Virus record (IMG/VR): IMGVR_UViG_3300029319_000067
Location: 1-53,523 of that record
Reading direction: 5' to 3' (one strand)
Source: a virus
Lineage: Duplodnaviria > Caudoviricetes
DNA: 53,523 nucleotides
Part shown: positions 15,523 to 24,016 of the stretch, in pieces
Layout of the letters: every line of letters begins with the position of its first letter
Position numbering within the stretch: the first letter of the stretch is position 1
Position numbers and translations under genes: made by a program
Notes under the pieces: model-generated
What the model saw: only the letters and a program-made list of their open reading frames with translations
The model's database searches: none
What the model was told of the DNA's origin: nothing

Positions 15523-15602
15523 GCTCCCGATATCGGGATCCCAATTCGCTTGGCTGGGATTTGACCGCTACTCCATATGTGTATTATGTGTGTTAATAAC
15601 TA

Positions 15603-16010
15603 TTAAGTCATAGCCTTAACCTCAATGGTTTTTACCACGCGCTTTTTGCTCTCTGGCTTTGGCACCGTGATTGTTAGAACACCATTTTTAAAATTAGCCT
15701 GGATATTATCTGGATTGACATCTCGATCAATATTCCAAGAGCGGCTGAATGAAGATACAAAAGAAAAGCGATTATCTGTGTTCTTCGCATTATAGCTAAC
15801 GCTCAAAACGTGATCATCAATCTTCACTTCTACTTCGCTTGGGTCCACCCCAGGAACAGCAAAAACAATCTGCCAGTCCTCATCACGATTCACAACATTT
15901 GCTTGACGACGGGCTGACATGTATGGTTGCAAGTTGCCTCCAAAAAAGTCATCAAACATTGAGTCTACGTGGTTAAAAATGTCGCGGTTGCGACGGACTA
16001 AGTTATTCAT
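15603..16010 (-). CDS. Hsp20/alpha-crystallin small heat-shock protein
   Basis: AVPGVD, SFSRSW, ANFKNGVLTITVPK, C-terminal IEV. Confidence 0.9.
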   Translation of the reverse strand: MNNLVRRNRDIFNHVDSMFDDFFGGNLQPYMSARRQANVVNRDEDWQIVFAVPGVDPSEVEVKIDDHVLSVSYNAKNTDNRFSFVSSFSRSWNIDRDVNPDNIQANFKNGVLTITVPKPESKKRVVKTIEVKAMT

Positions 16011-16050
16011 TTTATTCCTCCTGTGCCCTCCTCTGGGCACTGTTGATATC

Positions 16051-16078
16051 AATTTAGGACGTTGTTTCCACTTGTCAA
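16051..16078 (-). promoter_or_regulatory. Sigma70-like promoter of hsp20
   Basis: TTGACA-16-TAAATT; degenerate box upstream. Confidence 0.6.
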
Positions 16079-16123
16079 GGAAAAAGTTTTAACATTTCTA
16101 ACAGAAAGTTGTCTGCGGTTATA

Positions 16124-16738
16124 TTACTGAGGAAGCTGTAGTGCATTTATCTCTCTAATCATTGAAGGTGTTAATTCATCTTCCTCGACTCGCCCCATTA
16201 TAAAGTCCTCTATCACCCTACGTCTGTGGTTTTCCTGAACCTGTTTGCGATTTTTCTTTCTCCAAGCAGCTTGTCGTTTTCTCCAAGCAGCGTCCGCATC
16301 CTCTGGAATCGGAATCCCTAAGTAGCCCCAGCGACGGAGTTGATCGAACGTGTAACCACGATCCGCGATAAAAAGCAGGTCGCTGTCGGAAACTTTGCCA
16401 ACATCCATATATTCTTCCACAGCACCGCATCGAGGGCAAGCATCTTTCTTTTTTCCATACTTGTGATGAACCATCGAACTGGCAGGAAATATCGCAAAAC
16501 AATGGAACCTACACATTCTCTCATCATCGCTACGAAGACTTACAGGGATATCGTCTGGGAACTGTTTAAAAGCTTCTTTAGCAACAGGCAAAACAACTTC
16601 TTTGTATGCTTCCCATTCTTCGTTTTCTTTGCGCTCTTGTTCAGGGGTTGGTTTATTTTTCTTCCAAATTTCTGACTTTTTTGCTTGCCATGCAAACAGA
16701 AGCGCCCAGCCTCTCTCGTGTTTTACTCTCAAGTCCAT
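16124..16738 (-). CDS. Hypothetical protein with possible Zn ribbon
   Basis: CRFHC...CPRCG. Confidence 0.6.
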   Translation of the reverse strand: MDLRVKHERGWALLFAWQAKKSEIWKKNKPTPEQERKENEEWEAYKEVVLPVAKEAFKQFPDDIPVSLRSDDERMCRFHCFAIFPASSMVHHKYGKKKDACPRCGAVEEYMDVGKVSDSDLLFIADRGYTFDQLRRWGYLGIPIPEDADAAWRKRQAAWRKKNRKQVQENHRRRVIEDFIMGRVEEDELTPSMIREINALQLPQ

Positions 16739-16739
16739 T

Positions 16740-17675
16740 CTATTTTTTCTCCTTTAACAACTGTCGCATCTTGAAGAGACCAAGCTCTTTTAGTTTGCAC
16801 TCAAGCATAACGTCAACATCATTTCCAAAAGTGTCAACTGGGATCCAGTAAGAGTCTGAGTGAGCCTTTGCCATAATATTGGGATCACCAAACTCCTCAG
16901 CACGGGACTGCGAGTAGTGAACTACAGGCTTTACGTCACCCCAGGTCTTTGCTGCAAACTCAAGTGCATCCTTGTTGCTGAGCCCACCAGTGCAAAAAGT
17001 ATGATGATGCAAGTCGTGGACAATCGGAATACCAATGCGAGAGTGAACCTTCTCTACTAACTCACGAGTGGAATACATACTAGCACGGTCATCGTTCTCG
17101 ACTGTCAAACGAGTCTTTACTGAATCAGGTAGACGGTGGAAGTTCTCACAGAAACGAGCAAGTGCAGCAGGCTTGTCGCCATAAGTCGCGCCAACATGAA
17201 TATTAATCTTTGCATAGGGTGTGCGTGGAAGCCCTAGAAGATCCATAACCTCACCGTGAATACTCAAGTCTTTAATAGTGTTGAGCACGACCTTTTCTTT
17301 ATCACTCGTCAAAACGTTGAATGGTCCAGGGTGGAATGTAAGACGCTGACCATATCGCTTGGCTTTGTCGCCTGTGCGTTGCAGCACCTCTGCGATACGT
17401 TCGTAATCAGGCAATGCCTTGATGCCGTGTTCACTTGCCCATGGAAAGATCTGTGATGACATACGAAAGATTTTGATATTGTTTTCTTCGTTCCAATCAA
17501 TGATTTTTTCTAAGTCTTCACAGTTCTTGAGAGAAAGCTCAGACGCATATTCCACACCTTTTTGCAGGTATGTGCGGCGGATCATCGAACGATTGGTTGT
17601 TACTTTTTCTTGACCCTTTGGAAGCTTCTGTGAAAGAGTCATGTTTAAGCAGGCGTAACCCAGATTCATATCCAC
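16740..17675 (-). CDS. uvsE: UV damage endonuclease UvsE/UvdE
   Basis: LGYAC, FRMSS, RLTFHPG, NIHVG, LTVENDD, DLHHH, HYS, HSD, MLECK. Confidence 0.92.
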   Translation of the reverse strand: MDMNLGYACLNMTLSQKLPKGQEKVTTNRSMIRRTYLQKGVEYASELSLKNCEDLEKIIDWNEENNIKIFRMSSQIFPWASEHGIKALPDYERIAEVLQRTGDKAKRYGQRLTFHPGPFNVLTSDKEKVVLNTIKDLSIHGEVMDLLGLPRTPYAKINIHVGATYGDKPAALARFCENFHRLPDSVKTRLTVENDDRASMYSTRELVEKVHSRIGIPIVHDLHHHTFCTGGLSNKDALEFAAKTWGDVKPVVHYSQSRAEEFGDPNIMAKAHSDSYWIPVDTFGNDVDVMLECKLKELGLFKMRQLLKEKK

Positions 17676-17695
17676 TCCTTTGTTTGTCTGCCTCT

Positions 17696-17723
17696 ATTAT
17701 ACAGGAACTGTGGAAGAAGTCAA
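17696..17723 (-). promoter_or_regulatory. Sigma70-like promoter of uvsE
   Basis: TTGACT-16-TATAAT. Confidence 0.7.
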
Positions 17724-17726
17724 GAG

Positions 17727-18068
17727 TTATTTCCAATAAACTTGGATATAAATGATCATAAAAGAAAGCAGCATGGAGACCGCAACTTTCTTTTCAAAGA
17801 AGTTTTCACCCATCAGGAAGTATGTAAGAATGGGAAAAATAAAATAGGATGCTGCGAAAGCCAGGAAGCGAACCGACCAAGCTGAGCCGAGTGCTTCGTA
17901 GCCAAAACGCGAGGACCACCAGAACAAAATAGTTACCAGTGGTCCAAGCGCTACTGCTGTGAGTAAGGGATGTTTGCCCCAGGACTTCCAAACAAACTGT
18001 CCGTTGTATGTGAACCAAGCGACTGCGTGAGCACATATCATCAGGAACAAACTAAGAAATATTTTCAT
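17727..18068 (-). CDS. Small four-TM membrane protein, DMT/EamA-like
   Basis: Four hydrophobic helices; TYFLMGE motif. Confidence 0.55.
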   Translation of the reverse strand: MKIFLSLFLMICAHAVAWFTYNGQFVWKSWGKHPLLTAVALGPLVTILFWWSSRFGYEALGSAWSVRFLAFAASYFIFPILTYFLMGENFFEKKVAVSMLLSFMIIYIQVYWK

Positions 18069-18322
18069 AACTTACATGCGACTGACTCAGGTGTGCCAAC
18101 CACTTGTAAATAGTCTGTCGCGGCACCATTGCCGACGATCCGCAGCTTAGAAAACATGGTATTTTCATTTAAACCTTCGGGAAACTGTTCTTGATTCGCC
18201 CGAAAAAAATCAACCATTCTCTCATCTTCTTCGACAGAAATAATGGTTTGACCGTTAACCCAAATCTCTTTTAGGGAAAAACCCTGGGTGAAATTCTTTC
18301 TCAACTGAACTAGCTTGACCAT
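18065..18322 (-). CDS. Hypothetical protein, weakly FlbD-like
   Basis: MVKLVQL...IWVN..IISVEE...VVGTPESV. Confidence 0.5.
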   Translation of the reverse strand: MVKLVQLRKNFTQGFSLKEIWVNGQTIISVEEDERMVDFFRANQEQFPEGLNENTMFSKLRIVGNGAATDYLQVVGTPESVACKL

Positions 18323-18533
18323 TGTTTCTCCACTTTTTTACGTCTACGGTTTTCACTGTTACTAACTCACCAGCGAGATATACTGTTGATAACCCCTCAT
18401 TCATTTCTACCAAGATGCCACGTAAAGGCTCTGGGGTTGTCGCTGGCAGGAAAGACTTTCTTGGAAGCTTTTCTGTAATACCTATTCTTGTATTTTGTGG
18501 TATATAAACCACGTCACCCTTCTTCAGATTCAC
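18255..18533 (-). CDS. KOW/SH3-like protein
   Basis: MNLKKGDVVYI...RGILVE...TVY. Confidence 0.6.
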   Translation of the reverse strand: MNLKKGDVVYIPQNTRIGITEKLPRKSFLPATTPEPLRGILVEMNEGLSTVYLAGELVTVKTVDVKKWRNNGQASSVEKEFHPGFFPKRDLG

Positions 18534-18840
18534 TGTATGTTCCCTCCGTTAACAAATCCCTCTGGGTTGTTGTTTGAGGGAGCTTATGCTGAATATATCC
18601 AGCTAGCATTTGTTCTACTTCTTCTAGGCGTGCGTCAAGTAAAAATAGAGTCTTGCGTAGGCTGGAGATCTCGCTTATCATTTCAGGTGATGGCGGTGTT
18701 CCATTATGCAAGTTATTATTTAAACGTGCCCTTGTGAACTGTATATGTTTATCAACTGCACTCATGCGGTCATCTAACATTTCAGCGCATTTTGATGGAA
18801 CTTCATCTAAGTCCATCGTCAACATTACTTTTATATTCAT
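18514..18840 (-). CDS. Helical hypothetical protein
   Basis: Start re-assigned to MNIKV with GGAGG RBS. Confidence 0.6.
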   Translation of the reverse strand: MNIKVMLTMDLDEVPSKCAEMLDDRMSAVDKHIQFTRARLNNNLHNGTPPSPEMISEISSLRKTLFLLDARLEEVEQMLAGYIQHKLPQTTTQRDLLTEGTYSESEEG

Positions 18841-18859
18841 ATTTTTTTTGGTTCCTCCA

Positions 18860-19543
18860 TTATTTCTTGGGCTTAGGAGCATTCTTGAGCCAACGCTCTT
18901 CAAGCTCAATGACACCCAACTCTGGAGCAGCCATGCACATGACCTTGACTATCTTGTAAAGCCCAGGTCGCGGAACGTGGTCAACCACCAAACACTTAGT
19001 GTTACGAAGGTTTGAAGCGACACGTCGAGTAGCACACTGCGGTGGCAAGTATTGCGCGGTGATAGTCTGTCGAAACATAGCCTGCTCGCCCTTTTGCCAC
19101 TTTGCAGGCTCACGATGAACCTTAATGGCTTTCTGGGCATATTTGTTGAGAACCATCTTCTGGTACTCATTCTCAGTAGGAATGTAGTCAGGATCCTCTA
19201 AGACTTTAGTTGAGAGCAACGTAAAGTAAGGAGTGGTTGCGTAATACTGTGCAGCGAGATTCAAATCCTCGCGCATATCATCAGTAAAAGAAGTTTCCCA
19301 TTTCTCATTTGGCAAGCATTGACGCTCGATGTTGACAAGAAAGTTGACCTGTCCAGGGGTCAAGCACTTTTTGTCCTCAACAAACTTCTCAAAAGAATCG
19401 ACAACCTCTGCAAACCGAGGGGTCAATCGACCACCGTCTCGCAAAGCTTTGATGCGAGCGTTGATGTCTGAGATCTTATCGTGTTCCCACTCATCGTGGA
19501 CTCGGGAAGTACGATTGCGAAGTCCTCTGTATCGATATGCCAT
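18860..19543 (-). CDS. Hypothetical early protein with C-terminal SH3-like segment
   Basis: First gene after promoter; KWQKGEQAMF...CLVVD...VKVM...LEERWL. Confidence 0.65.
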   Translation of the reverse strand: MAYRYRGLRNRTSRVHDEWEHDKISDINARIKALRDGGRLTPRFAEVVDSFEKFVEDKKCLTPGQVNFLVNIERQCLPNEKWETSFTDDMREDLNLAAQYYATTPYFTLLSTKVLEDPDYIPTENEYQKMVLNKYAQKAIKVHREPAKWQKGEQAMFRQTITAQYLPPQCATRRVASNLRNTKCLVVDHVPRPGLYKIVKVMCMAAPELGVIELEERWLKNAPKPKK

Positions 19544-19571
19544 ACTGTCTCCTCTCATTTCCTACACAAGC

Positions 19572-19631
19572 AATATAGCACACCCATCTTTAAAGTCAAC
19601 CCTTTTTTTGCAATCTTTACAATTCTTTACA
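19572..19631 (-). promoter_or_regulatory. Sigma70-like early promoter with perfect direct-repeat box
   Basis: TTGACT-16-TATATT; TGTAAAGAATTGTAAAGATT at 19612-19631. Confidence 0.7.
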
Positions 19632-21201
19632 ACTTTTTTTCCACTATTCCAAAGTTTGTTGTTATCAAAGTCCCTGCTGCTGAAGCTGCGTTCTGCAATG
19701 CACAGCGAGTTACTTTCAGTGGATCAATCACACCTAGTGAATAATAGTCTACCATGGTGTGCGAATCAAAACAGTATCCCTGCCCTTCCTCAGATTTAAT
19801 TATCTTTTGCTCTACCAAGTCTGCGGATTCACCAGCGTTTTCAGATATTTGCCGCACAGGTGCCCGTATAGCTGCGAGAACTATTTCGACGCCTCTTTGT
19901 TGCGTTGGATTGTCAACTTCCGTTACAATCGATTCTGATGCGCGTAGGAGTGATGTTCCACCACCGGCATGTACGCCTTCTTGTTGTGCTGAACGAACTG
20001 CTTCAAGAGCGTCTTCAATGCGATGCTTTTTCTCAATCATCTCCACTTCAGTCGCAGCACCAACTCTAATGATGGCGATTCCTGAAGCTAGTCTAGTGAT
20101 ACGCTCTTGTAGAGTCGTGCAAGCTTGGATAGAGTTTGACTCATCAGCGATTTGAACTTTTAAGTTTTCTATATGTTTCTCTACTTGTTCATAGTCAGCC
20201 TTCCCGCCAACGATTGTAGTTGCATGTTTAGTAATGTCAATAGACTTTGCAACACCAAGGTGCTCCATTGTGACACTTGTTAGGGGCATACCAGACTGTC
20301 GAGAAACAAATGTTCCACCTGTGGCGAGCGCAAGGTCTCCCAAAATGGAGCGCCTTTCTTCACCGTAACGTGGGGCTTTTACAGCAACCACCTTCATCGA
20401 ACCGCGAACTGCGTTCGCAATGAGTGCGGCTAACATTTGTCCCTCAACTTCATCGGCTATGACGACCAGAGGTCTTCCGTCTCGTGCCACTTTCTCAAGG
20501 AGGGGAAGGAGGGAATCAACGGTTGAGAGTTTGTGATCCGTTATAAAAAACAACGGGTCGTCATATTTAACAGCCTGTCGCCTTTCATCGGTAACAAACT
20601 GTGTAGAGTAATAACCTGTGTCAAAAATAAAACCTTCAACAAGGTCAAGTGAGGTATCGAGAGAACGAGCTTCCTCAATGGTAATCGCGCCGTCTCGACC
20701 AGTTTTATCCACCGCTTCGGCAATGAGTGTGCCAATAGCCTTGTCTCCGTTAGCGGAGATAGTTGCAATGTGGTGGATATCTTCTTTTGACTGAACAGGT
20801 CTTGCGCCTTGTTTCAGTTCAAGAACAATCTTTTCTACAGCTTTATCGATGCCGCGCTTTAGTTCCACGGGGCTCTCACCTGCTGCAATAAACTTTTGCG
20901 CCTCAGAAAAGATTGCACGAGCGAGAACGGTAGCTGTTGTGGTACCGTCTCCAGCTTGACTGTTAGTTCTCTCTGAGGCTTGTTTAATAACTTGTGCGGC
21001 AGCTTGCTCAAAGGGGTCGTCTAAATCGACGAACTGAGCAACTGTTACTCCGTCTTTTGTAATGATTGGGCTTTTGCCGTGTTGGTGTAGCAGGACGTTT
21101 CTTCCCTTTGGTCCTAATGTTGATGCTACGTTATCTGCGAGTTTATTAACTCCGCTTAAAATCTTTTGTTGTAAGTCCTGACCGTTGTCATAGTGTTTCA
21201 C
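19627..21201 (-). CDS. groEL: Chaperonin GroEL (phage type, no GGM tail)
   Basis: TLGPKGRNV, ITKDGVTVA, AGDGTTTATVLA, ATISANGD, GVIDP..VTR.ALQNAAS. Confidence 0.95.
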   Translation of the reverse strand: MKHYDNGQDLQQKILSGVNKLADNVASTLGPKGRNVLLHQHGKSPIITKDGVTVAQFVDLDDPFEQAAAQVIKQASERTNSQAGDGTTTATVLARAIFSEAQKFIAAGESPVELKRGIDKAVEKIVLELKQGARPVQSKEDIHHIATISANGDKAIGTLIAEAVDKTGRDGAITIEEARSLDTSLDLVEGFIFDTGYYSTQFVTDERRQAVKYDDPLFFITDHKLSTVDSLLPLLEKVARDGRPLVVIADEVEGQMLAALIANAVRGSMKVVAVKAPRYGEERRSILGDLALATGGTFVSRQSGMPLTSVTMEHLGVAKSIDITKHATTIVGGKADYEQVEKHIENLKVQIADESNSIQACTTLQERITRLASGIAIIRVGAATEVEMIEKKHRIEDALEAVRSAQQEGVHAGGGTSLLRASESIVTEVDNPTQQRGVEIVLAAIRAPVRQISENAGESADLVEQKIIKSEEGQGYCFDSHTMVDYYSLGVIDPLKVTRCALQNAASAAGTLITTNFGIVEKKL

Positions 21202-21251
21202 GTTCCCTCCGTGTTTTGTTTATTATACACCGTTGTTTATGATTGTTTAAG

Positions 21252-22235
21252 CTATTTTGTTGTTGAGACAGTCCAAGAGATGCCAAGCTTTGGATCTTCA
21301 TATAAGCGCTGTCCCACTTTGTATTTACCTCTGTTGGTTTTTGAATATGTGGTTCTCACTTTAGTAATGGGTCTTAATCTGAATCTGATATTAATCTTAG
21401 GATCGTCCATGTATTGTTGAGCGACTGCGTTGACTGATTTTATTTTTTGCAAAATATCAGGCAACGCCTCACAGTTGTCTTGGGCTTCGACATCAACAAC
21501 CAACACCCCTTGTGCTGGGAATGGGTTATCTTTTGCGCCGCCAATAATCAACTTTAAAAAGTTTAAGTACTTGTCGCCAAACAAGCCACCCAAAGTGACA
21601 TACATGTTTTGGATTAAAAAGCTATTCCTAAATTTACCGTTCTTGCCAAACACCGGGGAGTTAATCAGAGCATTGATAACCTCTTGATTACCACCAATAA
21701 AATCTGGAAAGCTATAATCTGGAATCACACTTTGCACCACTTTGGTAAACTCTTGTCTCTCTAGATTAATAACAGGCTCCATAATCCTGACTAAGTTCTT
21801 AGCCTCTTCTTTGATCTCTGCGATGATCAAGTCAACTTCGTTGTCTTCTAGATCCACTTGTTTCAATCTAGTGCGGAGTTTTTTCTCATCCATCCAGTTC
21901 TCTAGAAAAGCGAAGTTTTCTTTTTTCATGCTTATGCCAAAACCTTTGGGGTTCGACTTAGTGAAGATGGCTATGTCAGCTTTGGGCTCAGGGGCACCTC
22001 CACCCAGTTGTTTCGCGCCAGTGACCTCTTGCGTACCGAGGTCTCCAAGGTTGAGACGAAGTGGGTTTTCAGGTGAAGCGCAAGAGTTAATCAAGTTCAC
22101 TAGGTTGCGCTCAGATTGTTGTCCTGAAAGTTGTTCAACAATAAGTCTATCCAGTTCAGACTTTTGAAGTTGTTTTACTTCTTTCTGAACTGGACGGGAC
22201 TTGGATAAAATAAGTTGTTCTAAATCTTTAGTCAT
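21252..22235 (-). CDS. PD-(D/E)xK restriction-endonuclease-like protein
   Basis: SERNL...EPKADIAIF...GISMK; N-terminal leader-like helix ending LIVE. Confidence 0.55.
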   Translation of the reverse strand: MTKDLEQLILSKSRPVQKEVKQLQKSELDRLIVEQLSGQQSERNLVNLINSCASPENPLRLNLGDLGTQEVTGAKQLGGGAPEPKADIAIFTKSNPKGFGISMKKENFAFLENWMDEKKLRTRLKQVDLEDNEVDLIIAEIKEEAKNLVRIMEPVINLERQEFTKVVQSVIPDYSFPDFIGGNQEVINALINSPVFGKNGKFRNSFLIQNMYVTLGGLFGDKYLNFLKLIIGGAKDNPFPAQGVLVVDVEAQDNCEALPDILQKIKSVNAVAQQYMDDPKINIRFRLRPITKVRTTYSKTNRGKYKVGQRLYEDPKLGISWTVSTTK

Positions 22236-23742
22236 CTTTTAACATTTCGCCAAGCATTGCTCGGACTTCTTTTTTTAGTTTCTCTTTATCGGCTGCTGCC
22301 TTTTTCATTGATTCTTCTTTGTCACCGTCGCCATCGAGGTCTAAGAAGTCAGGCTTGGCTTCTTCTTCCATCTTGTCGCGTTGAGCCATAGCGTATTTCA
22401 TATCGGCAAAAGTTTCAAACTCATCGCTGTAGCGGTCGTCTGTTGCTCTATCGAATCTTTCTCTTTCGCCTGCGCTTGGTGACATACCAGCACGTTCGGC
22501 TGAATCTTCAGCGGCTTGGATATCAGCCATTGCCATAGCCATTTTCTTTGCGACCTCTTCTTTGCTCATGCCAAGTTTAGTAGCAATCATATCAATAAAT
22601 ACTGCGGCGCTCATTGGTGGTGCTTTTGGATCACCTGTGTGCATACCTTCTTCAAGTGCTTCTGCTGCAAGCTCGTCAGCCTCGGCTTCTTCCTCTTTCG
22701 CACCCATTTCCTCTAGTGTGGTCATTGAGTACATGCCCTGATCTTTCTCAACAAACTTTGGTTGAACAATAACTTCGTCACCGCTTTTGCCGTAGACTTG
22801 CATATCAGCGTCTTTGGTTAGTCTTACTACGAGTGCTGGTTTTCCTTGCGTGGACACGGTAAGTTCAACAACTCTGCCTACAGCACCAGTAAGCGCACCG
22901 CCGATGATGTTAACAAAGTCACCTTCGATTATGCCTTCGTAGTCGTGAGCAGCCTCGCTGAGTCTTTTGTGACGTGCTACTTCTTCCGCTAGGATTTGAC
23001 GTAAACGTCCTTTAGTTATTCTTAGTTTGTTTTCCATTTTATAATCCTCTGGCTTTGCGCCAAGTGGTAATGAGTACCCCTCGACAGAGCCTCCTGCCAT
23101 TGTTGATATTTCTGTTAGTTCATCTGCACCTTCAATAGCATCCATTAAATCTGCTGCATCTGCGAGTTCTGCACTGGTGCCAAGTGCCGTGGCAATCTCT
23201 CCAAATGATTCTACAAGAAAGACTCCGAGTTCGCCTGATTTGATTGCTGAAAGTAAGCCTTCCAGAATCGACATTACGTTGTTGTGTTTAGCGAGTGCTT
23301 TGAAAAAGGCTTTACCAGATGCTAGTAACAAGCCTGCAACGATGGCATGAAATAAAATAACTGCCAAACGGTGTGCTTGTTTTTTATCTTTGATGCGAAA
23401 GACAACCTGCAATACCTTTTCTAAACCGCCAATAAGAATGTGGTGTAGCTTGTCTGCTACTTTAATGATAGTATTGGTGTCTACCTTCTCGCCTTTGAGC
23501 TTGCTTTGAACTTTTGCTACTGCTTTTCCAACGAGTTTTAACAGGGCTGGCATTGAAACAATGGAGCCTGCGATAGCAAAACCTACCGCTTCGTTCTGCA
23601 CTTCTGGTGCGAGCTTGTCTTTGTTCGATTGGATATCAGCTTCCAAATCATCAAAGACATCATCAAGAATAGATGCGACGAGCTTCTCCTCGTCAGTTGC
23701 TTCCTTGAGAAGTGATTCAATTATTAAAGCTCTTGCTCTCAT
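22228..23742 (-). CDS. Modular putative internal head protein (membrane-like domain, NusG-type KOW, DxDxDG motif)
   Basis: Leader MRARALIIESLLKE; internal KLRITKGRLRQILAEE; EGDFVNIIGGALTGAVGRV; KPDFLDLDGDGDKEESMKKAA. Confidence 0.65.
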   Translation of the reverse strand: MRARALIIESLLKEATDEEKLVASILDDVFDDLEADIQSNKDKLAPEVQNEAVGFAIAGSIVSMPALLKLVGKAVAKVQSKLKGEKVDTNTIIKVADKLHHILIGGLEKVLQVVFRIKDKKQAHRLAVILFHAIVAGLLLASGKAFFKALAKHNNVMSILEGLLSAIKSGELGVFLVESFGEIATALGTSAELADAADLMDAIEGADELTEISTMAGGSVEGYSLPLGAKPEDYKMENKLRITKGRLRQILAEEVARHKRLSEAAHDYEGIIEGDFVNIIGGALTGAVGRVVELTVSTQGKPALVVRLTKDADMQVYGKSGDEVIVQPKFVEKDQGMYSMTTLEEMGAKEEEAEADELAAEALEEGMHTGDPKAPPMSAAVFIDMIATKLGMSKEEVAKKMAMAMADIQAAEDSAERAGMSPSAGERERFDRATDDRYSDEFETFADMKYAMAQRDKMEEEAKPDFLDLDGDGDKEESMKKAAADKEKLKKEVRAMLGEMLKDD

Positions 23743-24016
23743 TATGCCATCTCTCTATTTTTATTTTTAAGTTGCCGTGTCCTTTAAGGACTCTGTGCCA
23801 CTCACCTTTCCTTACTAAATAGGTTTTGTTTTCCTTTAAAGGCATGGGTAGTTCGTTGTCGTATTGAATAAACCAACCGCCTGCTTCTATTACTTCTATT
23901 AATCTTGTTTCGTCGTCTTGATGCCACTTTAGTTCTTCTGGATCCACCAGTTCTGAAAAGACTCTGATAGACACTTTGTCTGCTACGTATTGTTCCTCAA
24001 AAGGCAAATCACTCAT
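23717..24016 (-). CDS. Cupin-like phage protein
   Basis: ELKWHQDDE...WFIQYDNELP...GEWHRVLKG. Confidence 0.6.
   Translation of the reverse strand: MSDLPFEEQYVADKVSIRVFSELVDPEELKWHQDDETRLIEVIEAGGWFIQYDNELPMPLKENKTYLVRKGEWHRVLKGHGNLKIKIERWHNESKSFNN

Noticed and set aside
16023-16040. CIRCE operator upstream of hsp20
   Set aside because: The inverted repeat does not match TTAGCACTC-N9-GAGTGCTAA
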